The notes under the pieces were generated by a model. It saw nothing but the letters and a program-made list of their open reading frames with translations. It was not told where the DNA came from and did no database searches. The translations under genes and the position numbers were made by a program. From Marsupella aquatica (taxonomy: Eukaryota; Plantae; Marchantiophyta), in NCBI GenBank assembly GCA_973895155.1, contig OZ316893.1, forward strand, positions 3,950,490-4,014,489: a stretch of DNA of 64,000 bases. The letters are read 5' to 3'. Positions 11,645 to 24,385 of the stretch are shown here, piece by piece (the stretch's first letter is position 1; every line of letters begins with the position of its first letter).

Positions 11645-14600
11645 ATGGCCGAACCGTCGACCGCTGCGGCAAACAAGTCAAGTGCAGAGCACCGTCAACT
11701 TAAAGGGAAGGAGGCGGTTGATCCTTCAGAGGATGGGTCGAATGACGATGACTTTGACGCAACCGCAAGTGATGACGACGCTGAAGCTGAGACAGAGGAA
11801 GAGGGTCAGGACCCGGAAGAGGAACTGATCCCAGCCTTGAGAAGGTTGAATGCGGAACCAGAAGATGATGCCAAACCGGACATCATCGTGGATAATTTGA
11901 CCAAGCAGAACCAGGATGACGCGGGTGATACCTCAGTCCTGGGAGGTCATGGTGCTCGTAAGACGCGGGGGGTGTCACCAAAATCCACAAGAGAACCTAA
12001 GGACAAGCGGCCCGCAAAGGAAAGACGGTTGGAGGACCGTCCTCATACAACCCGCAAGGGCCCGGCCGCTGACGACGGTCTGGGTCCGTTGACTCAAGAC
12101 CAACGACTCATTTATGAGCAGTTGGAACACAACAAGGGGGCCCAGATTAAGTACTTACTTACTCTAGGTAGTCAGAGTGCGTCACGTCTGGGTAGTTGGA
12201 CGGAGTATGTTCCAAGTGAACCAGCTACCGACTCCTCCAACTTACAATGGGGCCTACGAGCAAAGTGGACAAAAGTTCCTAAGTTGGCTCTCCATGATGG
12301 AGATTCATCTCCAAGCGTGTGTTGAGCCTCCACTTGGGCTACCGCAACCGCTCCTTACCTGAAGGACTATGCCTTGACTTGGTACAAGTCATTGAAGAAG
12401 TCGCGAGAGGACTCCTCCTTGCCGTTAACTTGGGAAAACCTGGTTGAGGATCTCCGTGCTTATGTCACCACTAAGTACCCGGAGCGGCACGCTCAAAAAT
12501 GCGTAACGGAGATGAGTTTCAAGGGTGATATCCAAAAGTTCATCACTTATTACCAGAATCAGTTGGCGTGTATCCCAGCGAGACAAGAGACCCTACATAC
12601 ACAGCTTCACAACTTTATCGTGAAGCTCCCGCCGTTGCTCAGGGAAAAGTTGCAGGAAAAGCGTCATGAGTTCAAAACGCTTTCTGACGCCTTTGACAAG
12701 GCCACTACGTTGGTGAATAACCGACCGGACTTGGCGAAGGTGGGTGGCAAGGGATCCGAGGGGGAAGCTGGGAAAGCAAAAGGTCCCGGGAATAAGCGTA
12801 AGCAACTTGAGGGGGCGGGGGCCGGTGGTTCGGACCCCCAGCCCCAGAATGGAGAAGCTAAGCGAAACCGGAAGGCCAACAACTTTAAGAAAGGAGCCTC
12901 ATCGGCACAGAAAGCAAAGAAGCAGGCGACCATGGAGCAGAGGCGGGCTGAAGGTTCGTGCTTCACATGTGGCGCCATGGGCCATCAAAGTAAGGATTGT
13001 TTCACGAAAGGTGGCAAGCCAAATAGAGATGGTGGAGGGCAGAAGAGCATTAAGGTAAGTATCGCTCTAACTGAACCCTTAGTAGCTGACAAGGTCCCTG
13101 TAGGGGATGTCCCTGACGGTGAGAGGGTGTTGTTGCGAGAGATACCTAAAGTTAAGACAATGGATCCTAAAAAACTGATTTTTGTGAATGTCACTTCTAA
13201 CGGTAATCTGGGTGTTGCTTTGGTGGATACAGGCGCGACCGCCTGCTTCATAAGTGGGCAGGCGGCAGCTCGTCTTGGGGTGGACGTGCAAGAGTTGTTA
13301 CAACCGTTAGTGTGCAAGTTCGCCAACGACACGAAGGGGATAGTGTCAAAAGTAGTGCATAGACTTCGGGTAGAGGTCATAGGCGAACAACAAAATTTTG
13401 TTAGTCAGGAGATGTTCTACGTTCTAGATGGTCTAGCCGTAGACTTCATTTTGTCGGTAGGTTATCTCAGAAAGCACAATGTTACCTTGAAACCGGGGGG
13501 TGAGGTGCTCCATTTTCCCAATAAGGGCGGTGAGCCCATCGTTGTACACGAAATTACCAAAAATAAAGAAAGATTTCTTAAAGTAAGTAAAGTGTCGTGG
13601 ATGTCTCCGTGTGTATCGGCGAAGCAATGGTGGAAAGACTTCAAGGGTGGACATGAATGTTTCTTCTTTCACCTCCACCCAACTAAGGAGGCTGCGTCGC
13701 AGCCAAAGGTCAAGTCAGCTACGGTCGGGCCCGACTGCGGTCAAATTCCTGAAATTTTAGAGGAATTCAACGACGTGCTCTCGCAAAAGCTACCTAAAGG
13801 TTTACCCCACGGAGAGAAGTGGATCACCAAGTTGAGTTGGAGTCGGGATTGGCCCCTCAGGCTAAAGCTCCTTATCGTCTGAACCTGAACGAGCGAATGA
13901 TGTTGAAGAACGCCTTGGAAGAGTTGATCGACCAAGGGTTCATTCGCCCTAGTAAGAGTCCTTACGGGGCGCCCGCGCTGTTTGTGTCCAAAAAGGATGG
14001 TACATTGAGATTGTGCGCAGATTACCGGGCCCTCAATAAGCAGACGGTAAAGAACAAGTACCCGTTACCTCATATGGATGACCTCTTCGATTGCCTCTCC
14101 GGGGCTAAGAAGTTTTCAAAGGTGGACTTGTGGTCTGGGTATTACCAGATCCGCATGGCTAAGGGAGACGAGTATAAGACCGCGATGCGCACAAGGTTTG
14201 GATCCTATGAGTTTTTGGTTATGCCATTCGGGTTGTGTAATGCAACCGCAACGTTCATGAAGATGATGAATACCATCTTTCATGACTTGTTGGACCAAGG
14301 AGTGGTCGTCCTTATTGACGACATCCTAATCTACTCGCGTGAAAACGTTGGAGGAGCATGAGCAATTGCTCAGAGAAGTGTTCTCTTGCCTTCGTAAGGC
14401 CCGTCTCTTTGCTAAACCTAGCAAGTGCGAGTTTGCGATGAATGAGATTCAATTCCTCGACCATACCTTTACCTCGGAAGGGATTACGCCTAGTCAAGAC
14501 AAGCTTAAGGAGATCAAAGAATGGGAGCATCCGTCCAATGTAAGGCAAGTTAGAGCCTTCTTAGGATTTATGGGGTTCTATCGGAGATACATGAAAGACT

Positions 14601-16576
14601 ATGCAAGGATTGCGAGGCCCCTAAATGCGCTAACGTTGAAGAACAAAGTGATTGTGTGGACACAGGATTGTGAGTTAGCATTCCTAGAACTTAAGCGGTT
14701 AATGATAACACCGCCAGTTCTAAAGTAACCTGAGATGGGGAAGCCGTTCGAGATTTGGACAGACGCAAGTGATTATGCCATTGGCGCCTGTCTTCACCAA
14801 GATGGGCGTCCTGTGGCCTTCGAGTCATGTAAGTTGGAAAATCATTGGATCACGCCAGAAAGGGAAATGTATGTTATGATCTACGCGTTGAAGAAGTGGG
14901 AGATTTACCTTAAGAACGGTCCCAAAGTGGTAATTCACACAGATAGCTCGCCGGCGGGGTACTTCAGTTCTAAGCCAAGGCTGAACCCCAAGGAAATGAG
15001 TTGGCACATGTTCTTGGTGGATTTTGATTTCGAAGTCCGCCACGTTCCAGGGAAGACAAATACGGCAGCGGACGCGTTATCACGTAAGGACCAACAACGT
15101 GTCAATGGGATTACGATGCTCAAATCCGAGTGGCCAAAGGTTCTGGCCACGGCGTATGGGGATGATAGGTTAGCTAAGGATTGGCAGAGCAATGGGGGTA
15201 GCCGGGGCAAGGTAAGGCACGTATCGTTGGGGTTGGATACAACGCATAATGTCCAGTTATGGCAATACAAGTAGAGGCGTGTGTACATACCAGAGTCTCT
15301 AAGGTTAGAGGTTCTGCAAAAGTACCACGACTCGCCCTGGGGAGGGCACGGAGGACAAGCCGCCACGTATCGCAGCATGTCGCGAGATATGTATTGGCCG
15401 GACATGAAGCAATCGGTCCTTCAACACGTGCAAAGTTGTTACTCGTGCCGAAAGAACCAAACGGTCTATAGGGCAAAAGGAGGACTGTTGCAACCCTTAC
15501 CAGTAGCTGCGGCTCCATGGGAGTCTATCTCCATGGACTTCATTGTTGGATTACCTGAGTCCCACGGCAATAACTCCATCTTAACAATCGTGGATCGTTT
15601 TTCCAAGATGGCGTATTTCTTGCCTACTACGAAGATGGTTTCGGCCCGAGAGGTTACCGGTCTAGTATTTGACAATGTCTTCCGACAGTGGGGATTGCCG
15701 TTGCATATCCTGTCCGATTGCGATACCAAGTTCACGGGCCATTTTTGGAAGGCATTGTTCCGTTTATCCGGAACGGACCTGACTAGGGGATCAGCGTATC
15801 ATCATGAGACAGATGGCCAAACAGAACGGGTTAATGGTATTGTGGAGGACTACTTGCGTCACTTTGTGACAGCCAATCAGAAGGATTGGGCGAAGCATTT
15901 AACAATGGCCGAGTTTAGGTATAACTCGACCAAGCATTCGGCGATGGGCTTTGCGCCGTTTGTGTTGGTCACAGGGAGGACGCCAAGGGCGCCCTCCTGG
16001 TTTATAAATCCGGAAGCTTGGCGGACGGAAAGCAAGGTTCCTTCTGTGGACGATTTTGTTCAAGAGCTGCGCCTAGTTGTGAAAGCGGCTACCAAGGGTA
16101 TGACCCTTGCCCAAAGTCGGTACAAGGAGCAAGGGGATAAACATCGACGCCAGGTAAGCTTTGAAATTGGGGAGAGCGTCTGGTTGCAGTTGAGACCTGA
16201 GCAATACCACGGGAACGTAAGTAGGAAGCTGGCTCCCAAATATGCAAGGCCCTATCGCATCATACGATGGGCCCACAAGGATAATCCGGTTTCGGTGGTG
16301 TTGGAGACACTCAAGGAAATGGGCGTGGGCAAAAGCTACCATGTTAGCCGGCTCAAGAAGTTTGTCAAAGACAATGATCCCAACCGGGATCAGGTCTTCC
16401 GCCCGGACGCCATGCTGGTGGAGGACGCTGAGGAGTTTGAGGTGGAGGCAATTCTGGACCACCATTACAAACGCAAGTTGGGAAGGCAAATCTTAGAGTA
16501 TTTGGTGAAGTGGGCTGGCTACGACCAGGCCGAGAGTACTTGGGAACCGGAAGAAAATTTGGGTAATGCCTCATAG
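11645..16576 (+). pseudogene. gag-pol polyprotein with frameshifts and stops
   Basis: Zinc knuckle CFTCGAMGHQSKDC; protease ALVDTGA; [22 protein letters not shown]; RNase H WTDASDYAIGA; integrase HDSPWGGH...CYSC, SMDFI, TERVN; chromodomain FEVEAILDH...YLVKWAGY...STWEPEENL. Frameshifts near 12225, 12335, 13810 and 14340; stops at 14726 and 15272. Confidence 0.95.
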
Positions 16577-17046
16577 ATCCTTGGAAGCTATCGTAAGCGA
16601 AGCGGCCTACCGCCGTTGTGAACTGGTACAAGCAACTGTAGCTACCTTTGTGAGTTGTATCCTAGTTTCACTCCTCTTGACCTCTTAAGGATAAAGTCAA
16701 ATTGCGTTGGTACTAGAGGTTGTTGGGCGGCCGATTTGCTTTTTGCGAGTGGAAGTTGATGGTGCCCGCCCTACATCTGTGGGCGGGCTAGTTCGAACCA
16801 AAGGGGAGTGCCCCAAGGTGAGGACAATGGGACTGACGAGTTTGGAGTTAGCTTACCCGTTTGGACTAGCATCCTACTTGGATAAGTGGGATAGGTTGGA
16901 ATTTCCTAAGTTTGGAATGCGCATACCAACCTGGTTTGCATCAGCCTTATGGGCAAACCATTTGTTACCTCATAAAAAATTTTAAGGCCAAAAGTGGTCT
17001 AGGCGTGTTGGAACGTTTACTTAGGTCACGCGGACGTGACCATTTT

Positions 17047-17056
17047 GAAGGGGGGG
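17047..17056 (+). other. Polypurine tract
   Basis: GAAGGGGGGG just upstream of the 3' LTR. Confidence 0.85.
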
Positions 17057-17060
17057 TGCA

Positions 17061-18571
17061 AGTCGCGGAACTCGACTACCTTAACACTTAACTCCGGCGT
17101 CGCTGACTCCGACGCCGAGCTCCCTTATGGTCCAGGCCCGGATAGGCCATCCGGGGAGGACTTAGCATGGGGAGACTTGTGAGCAATGAGACGTGGCACT
17201 GGCGAGGCAAGGGGCCAAGCTGGGGACACACACTAAGGACTTGGACTAGCCTATGGCTGGTTGGGTCAAGGGGAAATGGGCCGGGCTCAAGGATGGCCGT
17301 CCGGACCGTCGGATGGGCTTTGAGTTTTGAGGGCTTGGGGGTGAGCTCCTCTTGGGCCCAAGGCCAATGGAGTTGACGCCATTGGCAACGGACGCTTGGG
17401 GCGCAAGTTGTGGCCCGATCCGGGTTGGGCCGGTCGGGGGCCCCGAGCGGCGATCAGACCTGAGGGCCTGGGCATGAGCACTGGGTCGGCCTGGTCACAA
17501 CGGGCTAAGGCACTCCGCTTGCGGATGCCTATCAAGAAAGTTATGGGCGTTGCCAGTTGGTGGCGTGCCCATTATGCGCGATGGGATCCGGGTTGGGGGC
17601 CAAATGTTTAGGGACCAAAACTGGTCCGGGGGTGGCAGGTCCCCATAAGCATATATGAGGGAGTGTTGTCTCCCTGGGGGCTAAGGGCGAGCCGAAGTCG
17701 TGAGCCGCGGCGGTCGCGACACTAAAGAAAACGCTAAACGAAAATGGCGATATCTTCCCAACAGGAAGTCCATTGGAGGACTTCTTAGGTGCGTTGGAAA
17801 GCTTTTAAGGAGGGCTACGCCCTCCTGAGCTCAGTTGGGTCTGGAGGTGCCATGGGTTCTTGTAGTTTGCGGGTGTTAGCTCGCCCGTTTGCCAAATCCT
17901 GCCGAACAGCAGCCAAGCTGCGTACAACCTCCCAAGGGAGCTTGCGTTGGGGAGGCAAGGCCAAGTAGGTATGGAGGCTGAGTCCCAAGGGTGCTCGGTC
18001 CCTAGACCATCAATGGGGCAAACCGGGAATTGGTGTTAGAGTCGGGGCCGTGCTGGTCCCGGCGTGTTGAGACAAGCTTGGGACAAGCTTTAGGACAAGC
18101 TACGCTATTTGGGCCATGAGCATGTCCTGAGGTCAGGGCGGTCAGTTGGTGATGGATAGGTACGAGGGGGAACCCGGGCTACGCCCAAGGAAGGAGCTGT
18201 CCTGGACGGACAGTGGGCGTGGGTTCTGGTTCCGGCTTATGGCATCGGGAGGACCTATCGCTGACCTATTTACCAACGTCTGTTGAGCTTGAGTTAGGAT
18301 GCTAGACTTGGCGAGTTCTAGATCCGGAGGGGTTACTTACCGAGGTGTTTGGTTGCTTGTGCAGACAGTGAGGACCGTTGAGTAGCGGTCGTGTAGGTGA
18401 GCAAGTGTGGCTTCGTATGGGAGTGGCCACAGAGGGTGCTAGAGGCACTAGAGGGTGCTAGAGGCACTTGGGTGCTTGCTCGAGGTATTCCGTTGAGGCG
18501 TTCGGGCACCAAGGGCACTTAGGCGCAAGTGCTGGGACTGGTGAGGGCGCTGGGTGGCGAAGTCCACCACT
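17061..18571 (+). repeat. 3' LTR of gypsy element
   Basis: Direct repeat of 9905-11364, differing mostly by transitions; AGT...ACT termini. Confidence 0.93.
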
Positions 18572-21420
18572 TGGAGTGTGCATTTATCCAGAGTTCACTA
18601 TACTTTGCCACACCAAAGATATTCTAATTGACACACCAAAGATATTCTAATTGACACGTATGCCACAACTTTTATGAATAAATATGCCACTGTTTTGTAT
18701 ATGGCCAATGGAGAAGTATATATAGTAGCCTGATTACCTCTTCCTTGAACTTAAATACAATTGAAAAAAAATTGAAAAAAAAATTGAAAAAAAACTATAC
18801 TCTTTTCCATTATCTTTGCATACATAATTTGTTTTTTTACTTTTTTAAATTTGTCTTATTCAGAGTCATTATACATTTTTTCCTTATTTGAGTTAAGGTC
18901 TAGAGGCTTCACTCTAGACCATAGCCCAAGCTTCACTCTAAACAGTACCCCTTAGAAGTAGCTTTTGTTTGCGAGTATATAATGAGATGCCAATGGTACT
19001 GGTAAGTGTATAAATAAATCAACTTTTAAGTACAGTACTTTTGCCACACTAAAAGGATGTTACTTCGCCACACCAAATATAATCTAATTCACAATTATGC
19101 CACAATTTTTATTAATAAATATGCCATTGATGGCTTTGTATATGGCCAATATATACAAGAGAGTCTTAGATGACGGGACACCTTTTCCCTATTTTGTCAA
19201 AAAATAAATAAATATATATATATATATATGCCAATGGAGAGATATATATGAGAGTCTTATATGGCCGGACATCTTCTCCCTATCTTGTCTTATGAAAAGA
19301 GATAGTTAAGTATTTTTATATACATATGGTCTAGTCTAGACTTTCACTTAATTTGTATTAATTTGAATTTAGCTATTGCTCTTACCCGTCTAATCTTCCA
19401 AGTCCTTAGTTTTTATTAGATATGTTAGAAATATATATTTTATTAGATATGTTAGAAATATATATTCATATACTAAATATATATACCCTATACTAAAAGT
19501 AAAATACAAATTAGCTTATTTCTCTTTCAATCACAAATAATATACCCCTAAGGTACACTGACTTGGATATTCAATTTAATGTACTTGTTTGTCAGTAAGG
19601 TACCTCTCCTCACTTTAAAGGTGTTTTTATTTACGGACCCCACTAGAGGTCCCTTCCAAACTTCCTGGCACCACAGCGTGTCATGTTAACAACAACCGCA
19701 ACAAACAAGACTTATCAGTTTTGTGAATCAAACTTATAGTTTTCATTCGTGTTTGTGTTAATTGGGTGTAAGTTTTGGGACGCCATGCCGTAAAAAGAAA
19801 AATAAAAAATTAGAAATGCAAAGAGCAAGATGGTTAAAACTGTCACTATGTAACCGTTTAAATAGTTACATTTCCAATTTTAAAACTTAAATTTAAAGAT
19901 TTAAAAAATATTTTTTATATAACAAATAATGATTAATAACTAACTTGATAACTTCCTTGTTAAAGGGTAATTGGCACCTGGTGTAAGAATTCCGGCCCTT
20001 TGCAATTAAGGTACACTGCTAGCCATGGTCCGAACTTGAACTCAACGAACTGATACAATTCATTTATCAGATATTTATCTAATTGCAAATGGACTTGCCA
20101 CAGATTGAATTCTGACTCGTAGTTTGAGAATTTGGTAGCATGTAGCAAAAAGGCCTGATTTTGACAACTGCTTCTGATAACCATGCTGTCAATTAGCCAA
20201 GGGGTCCACAAACTAATTATTTTACCTTTTAGAATCATTGTTTCAACACATTTGAATACAATGGGATAGCTTTTATTTCATAAACTAGTTAAACTTATCA
20301 GTACTCTAAATCGAGTAAAATGGAATGTATTATCAATAAACTAAAATAGCATGGTCTTAGAACGGGCCAGCTATATGTCCAACGAGTTCATCAATTTTAC
20401 AAGAGGGAGTATATATATTACTGTGGTATACTTATTAAATGTACTGAAAACAGTGACAATATTGTAAATTTAAACTTCTCTAGTGGCAATGTAATTAAGC
20501 TGATAAATAAATAAATTGATGCTAGAATTGGGCATCTCCAACCTCAAAATTTCCATGCCCAGAAGTTTGGGACATCACCAATAGAGCAACTCAAATGTCT
20601 TTGTTTTGACTCTGCTAGCTCATGGTCACATCAGTTTCCCTGGAACTAAACTGGCAGACTCAAATAGGTGATTTACCACTTGCAAAAATTTTCACTGAGG
20701 GCATCCACAAAAAGGTACAGCCAAAGGCATTAAAATTTCAGCCCCAGTCACGGTATTGGGCAGGAGCTGACCACTAGCCTGTTCACTGGGGTCATGGGAC
20801 CTCGTGCTGGGATAATGGCCCAAGTCAAGTAAGCCTAGTTTGCTTGCCTCGAGTCCAAAAGGTTTCACTCCAACCATTTCAAACCAACTGCCCATTGCTC
20901 ATTCACCAACTAACTTTTAAATATTGGCCCCTTAAATATGCAGCCAATTCTCAAATCAAGCTTGCATTCCCCTTTGATTAGTTTTTTGCATCCACCCTCT
21001 CAGAAGCATGGACGACCAGCTAACAAGAAACCATGGAGGATACCGATATCAGCAGAGCCCCCTTCCTACCTCAGTTTCATCAGCAACTGCCACAATGATA
21101 GCGCTTGAATTGTTTCATTCAGCAGCTGTTATTGAAACCCAGGCAGGCACTGAAAGATACACATGGTTTGCTCTAAGTCAAAAGTTGATCATTTTTACTC
21201 TCAAATTATAATCTGGCAATAAAGATACACAGACAGTCCCAAATTTCCCAAATTCTCTGGTGAGTGGAGGATAGTTAGCACAAACCCACAATGAACCGGT
21301 TCAGAACCAACTTGGGTCAGTTTAGTCACATAGAAAGCAACCAACAGTGGGGCGAGAAACTCTTTTGGTGTGGAGTGAACTCAGGGAGGGGGAGCGGGTA
21401 CGCAACTCTTGTACAATAGG

Positions 21421-21656
21421 CAGGGGTCTACATTTTTATATGGACTAAAAAGTTGGCTATCCAAAATTATTAAAATTTTAAAAAACCTGGGTTTTCCACT
21501 AAAAAAAAATTTGAAGTTGTATAAAAGGTTTGGTTCTCCTCTTTTTCCGTATGAAATTAAAAAATATTCCTATACCTGTTGTAGTTTTTATTAAAAGGTT
21601 TTTAAAATTTTAATAAAAATCCTAAAAAAACTGGCTAGTTTGGCTGTAGACCCCTG
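21421..21656. mobile_element. MITE with hAT-like termini
   Basis: Perfect 12-bp TIR CAGGGGTCTACA / TGTAGACCCCTG around an AT-rich 236-bp body. No 8-bp TSD visible. Confidence 0.6.
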
Positions 21657-23019
21657 TATTAAAAAAAAGTAATATACTTTGGTTTTGATAAACTTTTTAT
21701 GCATCAAAACATCTTAGGGGTTTGTTTTAGTTACATTTTTGGATTCTTTGAGTTGAGAGGTACAAGACTTTAGTAAACTAAATAAAATCTAAGATGGTCT
21801 AAGGATATAAGCCAGGTCATTATAAGGAATTAAAAACTTGCTTTCTAAAAAGGGAGTTGCATGGGGGGGGGGGGGTCATTTTCACAAAAGTGGCACTTCA
21901 CGTGTGCCGAAGCATAGGCCTATTTGAATGGGTGTGGCAGAAGACTGGTCTTAGGGTATCTTTTATTAACTGGTGGGCTTTAAAGAACACATAGGCCTAT
22001 TTCATTGTAAAAAATATTTTCTTTAAAGCTTTTAGGGGTTATTTAGTAAAAAATAATGACCAAATTTAAAGAAACAAAAACTTTTGGAAAAAAATATTTT
22101 TCACTTATAAGTTAAGGGGGGTCAAATCCTAAAACATCACACGCGATGTATGACCCTCCATATAGTGACCCCCCGCCCCTTCCCCCCTAGGGAGTGAGTG
22201 GGAAAAAGGTTTCAACTCAGGATTAAGGATTTCTTCAAGATCATAGGTACTACAAGCATGTGGAGGGTGATGATTGATTAGAAATGGCTTCAATCAGAGA
22301 GTGAGCTTTTGAAGTGGATGTAATTTAGGACTAAGGAAATTAGGTCTGATCCCAAGTTAGAGCAAATCTTTGGTGAAAGTCAGGACCTACTTTAATTACG
22401 GACATCTTTAATGCCATAGAATAACATTTTCTCTCTGTTTCATAAATCCTCTTAAAAAACTTTATATAAATCAGTGTTTTACATAAAAACATTGAGAATA
22501 TTACTAAAATATGCACTGAAATATTTTCCCCAGTTTTGCAAAACACTCACCTAAAATTTTGAGCCCAAGAAATTTTTTTCTAGAATGAAAGTTCAGTATT
22601 ATCATGGGCCCTGAAGTGCCCCCCAAAAGTAGTGTCAAAACCTTATTGTCACAAAGAGTATAATCTTGATAGGGCCCCGCAATGGACCCAATACTAGTGT
22701 CAGAGCTTATTGTCACCCAAAAACTAGGGTTGGAGCTTATTGTCACTAGCCTCATTATTTATTCTTGCGTAGCTTTGGCTACAGAATAGGTTTTTAATTT
22801 TTTGAAAGAACCTGATCATCCTTTGGAGGGGCGCCTCAAAGCTTCAAAGTAGCGTGTGATGATCTTTTGCTGTCAACAAATGGCCATAGCTTTTTCATAG
22901 GTGTTAAAGGTGTTTTGGGCTTTTTTTCACAAGCCTCTACAATAACTCATGGTCATGGTATATGATCAATCCTAGCTTTGAATTTGGCATTGCCCTGTTT
23001 TGTCCATAAGTTAAAAGGC

Positions 23020-23290
23020 CCATCAAATTTTGAGTTTTGAAACACCCTACTATTAAGCTTCTGCCACTGGACTCGCTATTTATTTGACCCCATCAAATTT
23101 TGAGGTTTGAGACACCCTACTCTTTAGCGCCGGTCGTAGGACTCGTTATTTATTTGACTCCATACTAAGCTACTTTCCATCAAATTTTGAGGACACCTCG
23201 TACTGTAATAGCTTTGGTCACCGGACTCGTTATTTATTTGACCCTCTACTTTAATAGCTTTGCTCACAGGACTCTTTATTTATTTTTTGG
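23020..23290. repeat. Degenerate ~70-bp tandem repeat
   Basis: catcaaattttgag...caccctact...ggactcgttatttatttgac repeated 3-4 times. Confidence 0.75.
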
Positions 23291-23498
23291 ACAAACCTGA
23301 TAAAACCTGATAGTCTCTACTGTAATAGTATATATCACAATGCCCAAGGGCAAAAAATGTCAAACTGGGAGACATGATCCCAATGGCAAAGCAATTCAAT
23401 GAATTGAGGGGAGGAAAAGAGGGGAAAGGGCCCCAAGATAAACAATCCAAGGGGTCCCCAACCAAAAGCCAACGAAGGAACAAAGACAAAAAAGTAAG

Positions 23499-23683
23499 CA
23501 ACAAAGGAGCCGTGAAGGCTAACACCCTATTGAGCAGAGAACTGAAAAGCCTGACATTGCTCCGGAGTAAACTGCATAAGAGGGACAAAAAATAACCAAC
23601 AAGGAGCCGTGAAGACTAACACCCTACTGAGCGGAGAAATGAAAAGCCTGACATTGCTCCAGAGTAAACTGCATAGGAGGGTC
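23499..23683. repeat. ~97-bp tandem duplication
   Basis: aaggagccgtgaag.ctaacacccta.tgagc.gaga..tgaaaagcctgacattgctcc.gagtaaactgcata occurs twice; a 20-bp ggaaaaaaggccatcagctg repeat follows at ~23780-23836. Confidence 0.8.
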
Positions 23684-24385
23684 ACAAAGCGAAAACAGCG
23701 GGGAGGCCCTAAAACCAACTGCCTCATCTTTACAAAGGAGTGTGAAAACCTGGGCCATCAAGAGCCACGGACACCTGTTGAGGAAAAAAGGCCATCAGCT
23801 GTGGAAAAAAGGCCATCAGCTGTGGAAAAAAGGCCATGAAGACAGAAAAAACGGAAAGGCCTCCTTAGTGCTTCTTGAGTGATAGTGAGACAGGCAGGCC
23901 TCCTGAATGATAGTGATAGTGATACTGAGTGGCTGTCAACTACCTCTCAGGAAAGCAATTCTCTCGCTGTCATCTACAGCAGGAATCGTCTCAGGGAAAA
24001 TAGTACTGTACAGCAGGAGGGGCATCAGGCATCCTGATCTTCATCACCCAATTTGGTCAGGGCCTGGGTCGCAAAGCAACGCGTCTGAATTTGTTTTGTC
24101 ATCCGGATAGAGAACTTTTCCAATTGTCGCCTCTGTAAAGATTGTGAAGTAGGAGAGTCATCTGGCATCCCGATCTTCGTCAACCAAATTGGGCAGGATC
24201 TGGGTCACAAATGCATTCCAATTTGTTCTGCTCATCCGCAATCACAGAGCATCTACCGTTACTGATGTGCGCAGGAGCAGAGCTGGAATAGGGAGCTTGA
24301 TATCGGATTTTTTCATGAACCTTGCTTCCTTTTAGGAAGATTTGAGCAGTTCGGATTCCAATCCATTCCTGGCCGCCTCGGCATT

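Larger units (their letters stand above)
9905..18571 (+). mobile_element. Full-length Ty3/gypsy LTR retrotransposon (chromovirus), inactivated
   Basis: Two ~1.5-kb direct LTRs, 5-bp TSD TGGAG (9900-9904, 18572-18576), tRNA-iMet PBS, PPT, and gag-PR-RT-RH-IN-chromodomain order. Confidence 0.97.
7885..18600 (-). mobile_element. pogo/Tigger-like Tc1-mariner DNA transposon (defective), host of nested insertions
   Basis: TIRs CAGTGAACTCTGGATAAA (7885-7902) and TTTATCCAGAGTTCACTA (18583-18600) match 17/18. TA duplicated at 7883-7884 and 18601-18602. Contains a CENP-B-type HTH transposase fragment. An empty-site paralog lies at 19005-19150. Confidence 0.9.

Noticed and set aside
9901-18569. Canonical TG...CA boundaries for the gypsy LTRs (TG at 17057, CA at 11361-11362)
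   Set aside because: The 5' LTR would start GGAG rather than TG, and the flanks (ATTAT vs CTTGG) would not form a TSD. The AGT...ACT boundary gives an exact 5-bp TSD.
19960-20700. Possible hAT transposase remnant on the - strand
   Set aside because: Only a vague HC...LNL-like resemblance among many stops, too weak to call.
23374-23839. Lys-rich ORFs
   Set aside because: They derive from tandem and dispersed repeat sequence.
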